UHGV virus genome: UHGV-1361589
Reading direction: 5' to 3' (one strand)
DNA length: 47,408 nt
From: a virus
The notes beneath the pieces were generated by a model. That model was not told the DNA's origin. It did no database searches and was given only the letters and a program-made list of their open reading frames with translations. Each line of letters starts with the position of its first letter. Within the stretch, counting starts at the first letter, position 1. Made by a program: the position numbers and the translations under genes. This document shows positions 35,828 to 45,384 of this stretch, piece by piece.

Positions 35828-36759
35828 TGTGCATCCTGCCAAGCCTCACGCTGCTTATCGAGTCTTTCCTGCGTTTTTTCAAGTATCACAGGCTTGCCAT
35901 CCATTACCAATGCTGGAGTCTGCGCGCAGTGACAATTCCTGCGGTTTGCTCCTTCGCTGTAGAACTCATCAATCTCTTCCGGGGTGTAATACTTCCCATG
36001 ACGCGCGGCATGAGTGGCACGGGTCGTCTTCATTAGCGCCGACTGCCAGAGCATGATGGTTTCAATGCCAAGCGTCTCGCGTGCCTCAATCACTTCCTTG
36101 CGATTTGACTCACGCAGTACGCCAGTTATCTCGGTCTGCGCGATAGAACGTGCGTAACTATGAGATACGTCGGCGCGCTTGACGATATCGTCTTCAATGT
36201 CACGAGGGTTGGCACCGCGGGCAATGCCCTCCATTACAACCGATGCAACCTGCTGCCTGGTGTAGTCACTCAGCCCAGACCAGTCTGAGTACCCCTGAGT
36301 GTACGCCAGTTGCAGACGGTTAAGGTATGGCTCGCTATACAGGATGGCTGCCATAGGTCGCTGTTCAGCGTAGAGACTTGACAGGCTTGACAGTTCTGAG
36401 TTTGCTTTTTGAGTTCCGGCGGCCCATGCGTCGCCAATATGAATATTGGCCCACATCTGCCCATGGTCGAATGTATCGCCCTCAAGCAAAAACTGGTCAA
36501 GCAGGCGTTGCAGTTCATCCATGAACGACGCAGCACGCGAGGCGCTGAAATCATAATAATAATTACCACTTGATTCAGCATTCCTTTCGCTTACTGGAAT
36601 GCTGCGGAACAGCTCAAGAAGAGCCGCGCGAATGCGTTTGTATCTGGAGGCGATATCCTTATCCATCTTATTAAGCCGTGGCGCTGATCCTAACGGGTCA
36701 GTCAGGCTTTGCGACACCCTTGGCTGTGGCAGGCGGGCGTTAAGTCTGAGGATTTTCAT
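35812..36759 (-). CDS. head morphogenesis protein (Mu gpF / SPP1 gp7 family minor head protein)
   Basis: 315 aa. Conserved Mu-F-like core (...NRLQLAYTQGY..., HAARHGKYYTPEE, ANRRNCHCAQ), downstream of the portal. Confidence 0.6.
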   Translation of the reverse strand: MKILRLNARLPQPRVSQSLTDPLGSAPRLNKMDKDIASRYKRIRAALLELFRSIPVSERNAESSGNYYYDFSASRAASFMDELQRLLDQFLLEGDTFDHGQMWANIHIGDAWAAGTQKANSELSSLSSLYAEQRPMAAILYSEPYLNRLQLAYTQGYSDWSGLSDYTRQQVASVVMEGIARGANPRDIEDDIVKRADVSHSYARSIAQTEITGVLRESNRKEVIEARETLGIETIMLWQSALMKTTRATHAARHGKYYTPEEIDEFYSEGANRRNCHCAQTPALVMDGKPVILEKTQERLDKQREAWQDAHKKAT

Positions 36760-37663
36760 TTCACTCTTCCTCCATGCTTTAAAACCAATTCGGCCGCCTC
36801 ATGGGTTGATATATTGAAAAATTCTCTCGACCCATCAAATCCGGTTAACCCTGCATTTTTATGTTTTATTTCTTTGTGTATCATTGATTCAGCCTTTCTC
36901 GCGTCAGCCCATGATGGGAATGAGTACTCAGCAACCACAGCGACAGTTTTCCCTGCTGATTTTGATATGCTTTTCATTCTTCTTTCAGTGTTGTTGCTTA
37001 CACCTATCTTGCACGCCCCATCCATTTCAGCCACATATACACTTGCAGGTTTAAACCCATAAGCTGTGCATTTATTGCAACCGGACCCCCACAAGTGCGA
37101 GTTAGGTGTCTGATAGAAATCGCCATGGATATGACACGTAATACACACTTTTATTGAACTTTTCATGTAATTAACTTTCTCGTATGAGTATCTTCTTCCG
37201 TGAATTGCTCTTGCTTTTGTTATGAATGAGGCTTTATTATCGCTGAACTTTTCAGACAGGAGCTCAAGTTTGCATGATGGACAGCCATTTCCTGATAGAT
37301 GGTTTGCCGGTTGTTGTGAAAAGTCACCATGCTTTTGACATGTTACCAACACCTTCCTGTGATTTCCTGAGTATATGCACTTGTCATATGAGTATTTATC
37401 ACCATGAACCATTTTAGCTTTAGAGATAAATTCATCATTTGATGTCATTAACTTTCTTGCCCGAACATCTCTGGCGCAAAGTTCGCAGCCGTAACCAGCA
37501 AGATGGCATTCCGCTTTTTGAGTAAAATCGCCATGTTTTTTGCAGGTTATCGTTACTTGTTTTTTCGTTCCAGAAAACACAGACTTATCATAAATGTATT
37601 TATCGCCATGTTTTTGCCTGGCGCGAGAAATGAAGTCTTCCGTGGTGAGTCTTTTTGCCATGA
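36756..37663 (-). CDS. T5orf172/GIY-YIG-like domain endonuclease with three tandem N-terminal zinc-ribbon repeats (putative homing endonuclease)
   Basis: Three repeats of about 60 aa (..HGDKYxYDK..YxG...KV.ITC.KHGDF.Q.P..HL.G.GC..C). C-terminal VYVAEMDGACKIGVSNNTERRMKSI... is a T5orf172-type motif. The start is placed at MAKRL with a GAGG RBS. It is inserted between the portal and head morphogenesis genes. Confidence 0.5.
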
Positions 37664-37755
37664 TTAACCTCGTAGTAGGTTCGTAGACTGAGGATGCAGC
37701 AGGATGTCTACGTTCATCTTTTCGGGCGCCCCCTAGCTGCACATTTATTATATCA

Positions 37756-39150
37756 TCACTCCTCTTGTGATGGGTCATCCTCACTCATGCCGCCTGGTAA
37801 TTTTATTGGATCAAGGCCAAGGAATGAGCGAATTTCATCTGCCGTCAGGATTGGGTCCAAACCTGCATTCGCAGCGCTCTGCGCAGCTTGCGCCAGCTTG
37901 ACAATCAATTCTGCCTTGTCGTTCTGCGTAGGCTCCAGCAAGTCATTCCACTTGCAGTAATATCCGGCCTCTGGCGCTTTGTCGATGATGCCGAATTTAA
38001 TTAAACGCTCGACGAACACAGAAATAAGATAATCGAGCCACCCGTCACGACGCTGCATTGCCATCATGGCAAGTGACTGCTCATCATTTGCGGACGCAAG
38101 TACGCCGCTGCGACTACCGAGCAATGAGTTAAGAGGAATATTTACGGATGAAGCAAATTGGCTGGCCGCTACGTACATGAACGGTTCAGGGTCGTTCATG
38201 GTTACTGACAGCACATCCACATCATTGCCAAACCCAAACATCGCAGCGTCAATCCCGCTATTTATTCTTTCTATATCTTCATTAAGGATATCTGGCAGCT
38301 CCTCTACCGTAACGGCCATTTGCTGCGCAAGGGATTGCACAGATACATTATCTTTGTTGAAGGATATAGATAATTGACGTGATGAGTTTTTGAGAAGCCC
38401 TTCCGCTGAACTTCCGGTAATTTTGGCGCAGTCTATTAAAGCGTTAAATCCAGCTCGAAGCAGAGGAATGCCAGAGAATATGCTCCCATCGAAACTACCC
38501 TCTGCGAGAGTAATAATGCGGTCAGGGTGGATTTTAACCGATCGCTTTGGCTTACCATCGTTATCAAAATCATCAACGGCGCTTTCCTGGTACTCGAACA
38601 TCAAAGGCTGTCCGTAGTCCTCCTTTGACTCGTCATTTTGCCACTGAGAAACGCGCAACTGCTCCTCCCAGCATGGGATTAGCCTGACGATTGCCGCATC
38701 TTTAATTCTGCCTGTTTTGGTCACATTAACAGGATCACTCCATTGGCCGCCATCATTTATCTGAAGCAGCAAGCCTGAGTAGCGGTTGATTAGGTTGCGC
38801 TTATCAGCATCTTTGATAAATGGAGCTGACTTCTTGAGGATTTTGTTTACCGAAACTTCCCATTTGGATGTTGCCTCGTCATCAGCATTGTGCTCAAGAA
38901 CGGTGGGCATACCTTGCCACGACTTATTGAGCACAAGGTTAACCGCCGCTGTAGCTAACGGATATCGCTCGTAGGCAAAGCGGAAATCTGCTGCTGTAAT
39001 CTCCTGGCTGTAACCACACTCCGACCAAAGCCTGTCGTGCTTTTGGTCAAGGTTCTTCCCGCCAAACTCCCGACGCTGCCGCTCGATGAGCCTGTTATTG
39101 TTCGCCACTCGCTGCTGAATATAGGCGTTTACCGCCTCTAACTTTGACAT
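37756..39150 (-). CDS. portal protein
   Basis: 464 aa, acidic C-terminus, position between the packaging and head genes. Confidence 0.6.
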   Translation of the reverse strand: MSKLEAVNAYIQQRVANNNRLIERQRREFGGKNLDQKHDRLWSECGYSQEITAADFRFAYERYPLATAAVNLVLNKSWQGMPTVLEHNADDEATSKWEVSVNKILKKSAPFIKDADKRNLINRYSGLLLQINDGGQWSDPVNVTKTGRIKDAAIVRLIPCWEEQLRVSQWQNDESKEDYGQPLMFEYQESAVDDFDNDGKPKRSVKIHPDRIITLAEGSFDGSIFSGIPLLRAGFNALIDCAKITGSSAEGLLKNSSRQLSISFNKDNVSVQSLAQQMAVTVEELPDILNEDIERINSGIDAAMFGFGNDVDVLSVTMNDPEPFMYVAASQFASSVNIPLNSLLGSRSGVLASANDEQSLAMMAMQRRDGWLDYLISVFVERLIKFGIIDKAPEAGYYCKWNDLLEPTQNDKAELIVKLAQAAQSAANAGLDPILTADEIRSFLGLDPIKLPGGMSEDDPSQEE

Positions 39151-39161
39151 TTCGTCACCAT

Positions 39162-39190
39162 AAAAAATCCCATCGCATGGATGGGATTAT
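39162..39190. terminator. hairpin/terminator upstream of the portal gene
   Basis: AATCCCATCGCATGGATGGGATT inverted repeat. Confidence 0.4.
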
Positions 39191-39213
39191 AGCATGACTG
39201 GCATAAGCGGAAG

Positions 39214-39558
39214 TTAGTCAAAGAACGGCTTATTGGGGGTTGGCTCCTCTTCCTTGATGGTATATTTATGATAATCATCATCACCATTTTCACGGTGCGA
39301 TAGATTTCCTACGCCGTTGGTTACAAACATTCCTTTTGGTAAGTATTCTCGCGTAAAAACATTGTGCCACTTACCGTATTCAGTATCACGTCCATCACTG
39401 TACTTCACCGGCCCACATGCGCTACACAGCCTCATGCCTTTTCTTTCTGGAGCATATGACCAGTCGAATAATTTCTCGAAAAGTCCATGAAAACCCTGAG
39501 ATGATAGCGCAGTATTCTCGACACACCCGCAGTTTTCACATTGAAATAAACTCATCAC
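39214..39558 (-). CDS. zinc-ribbon protein
   Basis: 114 aa. CENCGC...CSACG motifs. Confidence 0.4.
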   Translation of the reverse strand: MMSLFQCENCGCVENTALSSQGFHGLFEKLFDWSYAPERKGMRLCSACGPVKYSDGRDTEYGKWHNVFTREYLPKGMFVTNGVGNLSHRENGDDDYHKYTIKEEEPTPNKPFFD

Positions 39559-39564
39559 TTCACC

Positions 39565-39765
39565 TCAATCAACTCTACCAAGAAACAACGCGCCAACCAT
39601 AGACGCAACCAGCATGAACACCGCAATGCGCAGCACGCCGATATTCATGATATCGCTCAGCATAGGTGGCTCCCACTTAATGAACCAGCAGACCGGGAAG
39701 GCCAGCGCAAGGCATGCCATATACACCGCAAAGAGATATAACCACGCTAAAAGAAATCGCTTCAT
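39565..39765 (-). CDS. small membrane protein
   Basis: 66 aa, two hydrophobic helices. Confidence 0.35.
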   Translation of the reverse strand: MKRFLLAWLYLFAVYMACLALAFPVCWFIKWEPPMLSDIMNIGVLRIAVFMLVASMVGALFLGRVD

Positions 39766-39986
39766 TTATTCACCTCATCATCAACAAGCGACCGGAACCA
39801 TGCGGGATATGACTTCGCGCCGAGTTTATGGTCCACATTCTGAATGTAACGTGCAGCATCATCCAGCTTGTCGGAAAGATAATAAAGCGACTTTCTTTCG
39901 CCAAGAAGCATGGTAGCGAATACCAGCATCACAATCAGGTGCGGGTTGATGATGCAGAACAGGATTGTTTTGACGGCTTTCATCAC
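39762..39986 (-). CDS. small membrane protein
   Basis: 74 aa, N-terminal TM. Confidence 0.35.
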   Translation of the reverse strand: MMKAVKTILFCIINPHLIVMLVFATMLLGERKSLYYLSDKLDDAARYIQNVDHKLGAKSYPAWFRSLVDDEVNK

Positions 39987-40147
39987 TCAATCTCCTCGCC
40001 ATCAACCCAGCGTTGCAGGACTTCGATAAGCTGCGCGGCCTGCTGCTGGTCGATGCATAAAGATTTACTGCCTTGCCAAATGAGCCCATCAAGGCTATCA
40101 AATGCGGTCAATTTAATCGGCTCTTGGTATTCACCTTCAATAATCAT
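39980..40147 (-). CDS. hypothetical small acidic protein
   Basis: 55 aa ORF translated by hand (MIIEGEYQEPIKLTAFDSLDGLIWQGSKSLCIDQQQAAQLIEVLQRWVDGEEIE). Confidence 0.25.
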
Positions 40148-40304
40148 AAATCACCTCAATCATCAATTTTTACAGATGAAGTCACAAGCACAGCAACAAA
40201 AAGAAACCAGCCCCATCCCTCTTTATTGTTGTATGCCAGCCACGCAGCCGCACAAATGGCAAATATTGTTGGTAACTTCACCATAATCATAAACGCGATA
40301 TCCC

Positions 40305-40544
40305 TCATAAATCACCACCCTCATCGTTATTTAACTCAACATTCCGAAAGAAATCATTAATCGTCTTCAGGCCGCTGTATCCACGGCGCCGCTGCAACTC
40401 ACTCAGCACTTCATCATACATGCGCAGCAGAATGGCCTCATCCACATCATACCTTTCGCACAGCGCCTCATCAGACACGCCAGCTCTTGCGAGTGAGTAT
40501 ATTTTTTCCTTCTGCTCCCACGAAAAAGATGAGTATGCCTTCAT
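40305..40544 (-). CDS. small HTH-like protein
   Basis: 79 aa. SLARAGVSDEALCERYDVDEAIL resembles a helix-turn-helix. First gene after the divergent promoter region. Confidence 0.35.
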   Translation of the reverse strand: MKAYSSFSWEQKEKIYSLARAGVSDEALCERYDVDEAILLRMYDEVLSELQRRRGYSGLKTINDFFRNVELNNDEGGDL

Positions 40545-40577
40545 GATGCCCCGGTGATGTAGTTATGTCAATGCGCC

Positions 40578-40606
40578 TTGACGTATATTCTAGCATGGCG
40601 TAGATT
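40578..40606 (+). promoter_or_regulatory. sigma70-like promoter TTGACG-17-TAGATT
   Basis: TTGACG at 40578-40583 and TAGATT at 40601-40606, with start codon at 40633. Confidence 0.5.
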
Positions 40607-40632
40607 AAATTGAAACCTCTCGGAGAAATCTT

Positions 40633-40923
40633 ATGAAATGTGTCATTTTTGAGCTTGATGGTGTGCTGCGCGATGCGGAAGGAAATGCTATTGCTGGTAA
40701 CGTGGCACTGGTTAAGTCACTCTACTCTGCCGGGCATGATGTGCTTATCATGAGGGCAAAGTATGCGTATGAGTGGCTGCATGCTAACGATATTTTCTAT
40801 GATGACATTATGGCGTCACATCAGCAGATTGACGCTGACAGAGTGGTAATGGCGGTCGTGTCTGATGATGTTATTTATGCCGCCATGCGGAATGCAGGGA
40901 TTCATTGCTGGCTTTACAAATAA
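40633..40923 (+). CDS. HAD-like motif small protein
   Basis: 96 aa. N-terminus MKCVIFELDGVL matches HAD motif I (hhhhDxDGxL), but the protein is too short for a full HAD hydrolase. Confidence 0.35.
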   Translation: MKCVIFELDGVLRDAEGNAIAGNVALVKSLYSAGHDVLIMRAKYAYEWLHANDIFYDDIMASHQQIDADRVVMAVVSDDVIYAAMRNAGIHCWLYK

Positions 40924-40936
40924 TTTATTATAAATA

Positions 40937-40965
40937 TTGACGTGGATTCATGGTTGATGTAGATT
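40937..40965 (+). promoter_or_regulatory. sigma70-like promoter TTGACG-17-TAGATT
   Basis: TTGACG at 40937-40942 and TAGATT at 40960-40965. Confidence 0.5.
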
Positions 40966-40999
40966 TTACTCATCAAGTTGATTCGCGGAGATAGTAAAG

Positions 41000-41155
41000 A
41001 TGAAAGACATCCAATTTAGCGCAAAAAAGAATAAGTTTGGACGAATAATGTTTTATGTAATGGAGGACAGGAAACACTTGTATGAATTCAACACCATAGA
41101 ATCAGCGATGGCTTGCGTTATCGAACTAGGCAAAAGATCTCAGAATGCATTATGA
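41000..41155 (+). CDS. hypothetical small protein
   Basis: 51 aa (MKDIQFSAKKNKFGRIMFYVMEDRKHLYEF...), followed by a terminator. Confidence 0.3.
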   Translation: MKDIQFSAKKNKFGRIMFYVMEDRKHLYEFNTIESAMACVIELGKRSQNAL

Positions 41156-41159
41156 ATAG

Positions 41160-41186
41160 AAGCCCTCCAGCGAGGGCTTTTTCTTA
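41160..41186. terminator. bidirectional rho-independent terminator
   Basis: AGCCCTCCAGCGAGGGCTTTTTCTT. Confidence 0.6.
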
Positions 41187-42608
41187 TCTCCTGCTCCTCC
41201 TAATCCATCCAGAGCCACGCTGTACGATGTGATCGCCAAGGCCATAGCGCAAACTATCTGTGGCGTGGTTGTGCTTGTCGATGATATCAGGAAGTATATT
41301 TCCCGTGAGCTTGTCCACTTTGTAGCTGTAAAGAGTAAACTCCTCAATGACAGTCTTACATCTTTCGTGAACAAAAATCCTGTCACAACCCCTGAGCCAT
41401 GTGATTCCGTCCTCAATGCTGCCCGGCCACTTTGCGCACGGATGGATATCAAATCCTGAGCGCTTTATATGGCTTATTGTTTCTGGCCTTGCGCAGTCAC
41501 CATACCATCTGTATTTTTCTGAACCCGGGAATGCCAGTCGCATAGCTTCTGGCGTATCAGTTATCTCAAGACCAACCTTTGCAAAGTCGCGGTAGATATA
41601 CAGGTTTCTTCTTCCGCCGCCCAAATCCTCGACATAAGATTCAGTTGCTGCCGTAGCATCCTGTGAGAAACCAAAGTCAATACCATAGTAAGGCCCGCCC
41701 CAATCTGGCGACGGCTCAAAGTCAAGAGTCTGCCATTTACCCCCAAGCACAGCTTCATCTGAACGCCGGTTGAATAACCCCTCATAAACCCACAGATAGC
41801 GGTCATAATCAACCGCCTTCATCTGGTTCATGTGCTGTTTAAGTTCCTCGGTAAACCAGGGGTTATGGATGTAGTTAACGTTCACAACGACAATATCATC
41901 ATCCTGATATATCCCATCAACCATCTTATCCACATACGGCTCAACAAAGTTTGTCCACGTGGGATCGGTTTCCCGATTGGGGTTAAAAACAATAATAATT
42001 TCAGAGCCAGAGGCGCGAACTGTAGGGATGAGTGTATCCCATGACACCTGACTAATGTTCTCCGACTCCTCGCAGAACACATCGGTAAGCCCAGCCATCC
42101 CTTTAATGGCCGTGATGTTGCGCCACATGCCCCGGAATACGAACTTTGACCGCGTGCCGTGGTGGGTTATCTCGCCATCGACGCACCGGTATTCCTGAGC
42201 GTGTCCCTTCCTGTTAATTTCATCGACCAGTTCGGCGTAGCTGGACTCCTTGATTGAGTTCTGAATTTCCCGGAAGCAGCCAACCCTGCAATTTCTGAAT
42301 CTTGCCTTTTCGATAAGATAGGAAACGACGTTAGCCGTTTTGCCGCTGCCCCTTCCGCCATAGAAGACCTTAAACCGGCGCGGATAAAGCAAAAGCTCCA
42401 TGCGTTCAGGGATTAGTATTGTTGGCTCTTCAGTTGTCTCTGATACGCCATCCTGAGTCATTTTAAGTCGCTTGATAACATTTGGCGTGCCATCATCAAG
42501 CAGCTTATTAACAATTCCGAAAACAGCAGAATCAGGTTTCTCTACAGCGTTTCCTATTGCTTCTTCGAGTTTATCAATAGCTACAGCAGAAAGTCTCTTC
42601 CTAGCCAT
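41184..42608 (-). CDS. terL: terminase large subunit
   Basis: 474 aa. N-terminal ATPase (VFYGGRGSGKT Walker A; CFREIQ) and a C-terminal nuclease-like region. Confidence 0.75.
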   Translation of the reverse strand: MARKRLSAVAIDKLEEAIGNAVEKPDSAVFGIVNKLLDDGTPNVIKRLKMTQDGVSETTEEPTILIPERMELLLYPRRFKVFYGGRGSGKTANVVSYLIEKARFRNCRVGCFREIQNSIKESSYAELVDEINRKGHAQEYRCVDGEITHHGTRSKFVFRGMWRNITAIKGMAGLTDVFCEESENISQVSWDTLIPTVRASGSEIIIVFNPNRETDPTWTNFVEPYVDKMVDGIYQDDDIVVVNVNYIHNPWFTEELKQHMNQMKAVDYDRYLWVYEGLFNRRSDEAVLGGKWQTLDFEPSPDWGGPYYGIDFGFSQDATAATESYVEDLGGGRRNLYIYRDFAKVGLEITDTPEAMRLAFPGSEKYRWYGDCARPETISHIKRSGFDIHPCAKWPGSIEDGITWLRGCDRIFVHERCKTVIEEFTLYSYKVDKLTGNILPDIIDKHNHATDSLRYGLGDHIVQRGSGWIRRSRR

Positions 42609-43116
42609 GGTTGTGGAACTCCTTATGCCACTTCTCTCTGGCCTCTCTCACTTTTTTCTCAGCTGCCTCTATAGTTGAGAATCTACCAAGATTTACAGCC
42701 TTTCCGTCAATCTTTGTTCTAGCCATCCATAAGTTTCTTGTCTTATCCCAACTAACGCCTTTCACTCCAGATGTATTCTTTGAGTTAAGGTTTTGATTAT
42801 AATTATTTTGACGTTGAGTTGCCTGGCGAAGATTGCAAAACCTGTTATCCAAAGTGTCTGTATTGATATGGTCAATCTGATCGTCAGGCCACTCGCCAGT
42901 CATGTACAGCCATGCCAGTCTATGCGCTCTATACCACTTCCGTCCAAAGTGGATATACAGATATGGCCTTTTACTACCAATGGATCCACACCATTTTATT
43001 GTTCCAGCTTTAGCACCAACTTTTGCAGGACCTTGCTTGTGCGGATTCCTCCAGGTGAATTCACCTGATTCGTGGTCGTAATTAATAATAAATTTAAGTT
43101 CGCTTTGAGTAATCAT
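42601..43116 (-). CDS. HNH-AP2 homing endonuclease
   Basis: HNH motif DQIDHINTDTLDNRFCNLRQATQRQN. AP2 domain SGVKGVSWDKTRNLWMARTKIDGKAVNLGRFSTIEAAEKKVREA. Start placed at MITQSELKFIINYDHESGEF with an AAAGGA RBS. Its 3' end overlaps the terL start by 8 nt. Confidence 0.75.
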   Translation of the reverse strand: MITQSELKFIINYDHESGEFTWRNPHKQGPAKVGAKAGTIKWCGSIGSKRPYLYIHFGRKWYRAHRLAWLYMTGEWPDDQIDHINTDTLDNRFCNLRQATQRQNNYNQNLNSKNTSGVKGVSWDKTRNLWMARTKIDGKAVNLGRFSTIEAAEKKVREAREKWHKEFHNHG

Positions 43117-43208
43117 TTTGATTCCTTTGTCACGGCTGTCATGAATGGATGCGGAAGGCGATGACAAGTCGCTTTTCACCTGGCCGGGCTATCCGCATAC
43201 TTATTATA

Positions 43209-43631
43209 TCACTGCGACTGCTGTTGTTCTAATAGCTTCTCCAGTCGCTCAAGGCGTTCCGCAAGCTCTGTTACTTCCGCGACATCAAGGCCGGTCTTAA
43301 TAACCTCGGCAAACATCTTACCGATGTCGGCCGGGATAATGCCAGATGCAATGCCGCGAATGACTGCGTCAATCTTCTCGACCGGGGTTCCGTCATCCGG
43401 GAAATCAACCTCAAACACAGGGGCCACGGGCTTTGGTAGGGGGCTAAATCGCACGATAAGCTCTTTCATCATTGCTGTGTCGCGTTGATTAATAGCCATA
43501 TCAACGATAGTGTCGTAAAGCGTCTCCTCGGTAAACCCTTTTCGCTCTAGCGCCTCAATAAGCAGCTTGCGTTTGTCTTTTCCGCGCTTATTTGGTGGTT
43601 GATTTTCGCTACTGAATAGTTTTTTAGCCAT
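43209..43631 (-). CDS. terS: terminase small subunit
   Basis: 140 aa. Basic N-terminus (NQPPNKRGKDKRK) with an HTH-like segment and a C-terminal coiled coil (LERLEKLLEQQQ). Position upstream of terL. Confidence 0.5.
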   Translation of the reverse strand: MAKKLFSSENQPPNKRGKDKRKLLIEALERKGFTEETLYDTIVDMAINQRDTAMMKELIVRFSPLPKPVAPVFEVDFPDDGTPVEKIDAVIRGIASGIIPADIGKMFAEVIKTGLDVAEVTELAERLERLEKLLEQQQSQ

Positions 43632-43708
43632 AGATAAAACCTATCAATATTTCGCTATTTTTCCGTTATTCGATATTGTATCAGATTCTACACCATGTCG
43701 CATGAGCC

Positions 43709-43735
43709 AAAAAAAGAACCCGCCGAAGCGGGTTA
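43709..43735. terminator. rho-independent terminator upstream of terS
   Basis: AACCCGCCGAAGCGGGTT hairpin with flanking A- and T-runs. Confidence 0.5.
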
Positions 43736-43930
43736 AAGGGTGGTGGGTGATGATTGATGAGATGATTGTACATCAGTTTTCGCATAACACCAAACATTAC
43801 AGTTATTGCTTTGAACGTGAACCACCTCAATCGCATCAGGGAAGGCTTTGGCGATTGCTGTTATAAAGTGGTCAACGCCTTCAATCTGCGCAGCCTTCCA
43901 CACCTCCTGCTTTGATTTTTGCGGCATCAC
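43733..43930 (-). CDS. hypothetical small protein
   Basis: 65 aa. Confidence 0.3.
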   Translation of the reverse strand: MMPQKSKQEVWKAAQIEGVDHFITAIAKAFPDAIEVVHVQSNNCNVWCYAKTDVQSSHQSSPTTL

Positions 43931-44190
43931 TGATACCTCGTCGTCGAGTACATATGGCGAAGCATGCTGTTATGCTCAACCACCAGCATCATGCTGCCAA
44001 CCTGAATGACGGAATGATGCTTTCCGGTCTCCTCATAAAGAAAATCAGCCTCTTCGCATGCTGCCTGAATGTCGCTCCACAGCATGATTCACCTCACGAT
44101 AAAGTAGACGGCTAATGCAGCAGCAATCCAGAATGCCAGCAGTGATACGGCAATCAGTCTGCGGATGATGTAGGGTTTCATTTTTCATCC

Positions 44191-44541
44191 TCATGTGGGG
44201 CGGCAGGCGCTTTCTTCGGCGTCCAGCTCAGCAATAATTTCATCGTCCATTATGCTAATCGCCTGGCGAACATCCTCCGGTACTACCGGCGCTGGCTGCG
44301 GGGCGGTACGTCGAGCGTACCTAAAACCGGCTCGGAAGGCGTCCGAAAGCTGGCTGTGACCGTCAACCTTCAGGCGATGAAGCTGTAGCGCGGCATTAAG
44401 CTCATCGTCGGTTACAGCCACCGGCTCGCTGTCCATTGCGGCCAGCGCCATGCGGGCTAGATAAGATGCCTCACCGCACTGCACGTGATCGGTTTCAATA
44501 ATTTCGAGTAACTGCTCTCTGGTTATGGTTGATTTGGTCAT
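44191..44541 (-). CDS. hypothetical protein
   Basis: 116 aa. Confidence 0.35.
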   Translation of the reverse strand: MTKSTITREQLLEIIETDHVQCGEASYLARMALAAMDSEPVAVTDDELNAALQLHRLKVDGHSQLSDAFRAGFRYARRTAPQPAPVVPEDVRQAISIMDDEIIAELDAEESACRPT

Positions 44542-44834
44542 GGTTGACTCCAGTTATCCTCGATAGCCACACCTAAACGGTGCAGCCAGTCGGCAAGTTT
44601 GAGCATCGACTCGCGGTCGCTAAGGCCTTCCGGGAAGTCGCTCAGCGTAATAGTCGGATTGAAACGACCGAAGCTATCGCGCTCTATCGTCAAATGCTGC
44701 TCCAGAACGGTTTGCTGGGCTTTGCTGTTATGCCGCACCAAGTAAACGGACCTGGAGTCTTTGGCTTTAGGGTCGTAGCGATACTCAGTCAGTATCATCT
44801 GGCTTCTGCTGCGATCGGCTCCTCTCCACATCAC
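44538..44834 (-). CDS. hypothetical protein
   Basis: 98 aa. Confidence 0.35.
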   Translation of the reverse strand: MMWRGADRSRSQMILTEYRYDPKAKDSRSVYLVRHNSKAQQTVLEQHLTIERDSFGRFNPTITLSDFPEGLSDRESMLKLADWLHRLGVAIEDNWSQP

Positions 44835-45148
44835 TCAGCCTCCACCTTGATGCCCGCGGCATGAGCCGCCAGGCATTTATTGAACCCGTCGTTGTTATTA
44901 GCCAGCCCAAGATTCCAGCCAGCAGTTAAGCCAGCTCTGTAGGCGCTCTCCTGCAAGTTTTCTACAGTGACGGCGCGGGACTCCAGTTCTTCAACTCGCT
45001 GACTCAACTTCGCGCACTCCTCAAAGTTGCTGATAGCCTTTCGTTCCCACTCAGCAGACTGCTCGCGAAGGTGTCCGTTGGCACGCTGCGCCTTCACCGC
45101 GCCCATTTCATGCTCAAGTTGAGTGCGCGTGTAGATTGCTTTGGTCAT
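44831..45148 (-). CDS. hypothetical coiled-coil protein
   Basis: 105 aa. Confidence 0.35.
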   Translation of the reverse strand: MTKAIYTRTQLEHEMGAVKAQRANGHLREQSAEWERKAISNFEECAKLSQRVEELESRAVTVENLQESAYRAGLTAGWNLGLANNNDGFNKCLAAHAAGIKVEAE

Positions 45149-45360
45149 TTCTGCACCTCAAATAATCCATGAAGGCCATCAAGTCTACATTGAAAGATTG
45201 CCTCACCGTCGTCGCTTATGATTTCAAAACCGATGTCGCCGCGGATGTTGCCAAATTTTCCGTTATCACCGTCACCTGCGCTAACTTCATAGTTTTTACC
45301 CTTGGTAAGGTATTTGTGTTGCTTTGCGTCAACGCACTTCAGCACATCGCCTCTTTTCAT
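45145..45360 (-). CDS. hypothetical small protein (first gene of the minus-strand unit)
   Basis: 71 aa. Confidence 0.35.
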   Translation of the reverse strand: MKRGDVLKCVDAKQHKYLTKGKNYEVSAGDGDNGKFGNIRGDIGFEIISDDGEAIFQCRLDGLHGLFEVQK

Positions 45361-45384
45361 TCCTCATCACCTCTTTGTTGTTGG

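Noticed and set aside
40633-40923. Full HAD-superfamily phosphatase
   Set aside because: Only motif I (FELDGVL) is recognisable. At 96 aa the protein is too short to contain motifs II to IV, so it is listed only as having a HAD-like motif.
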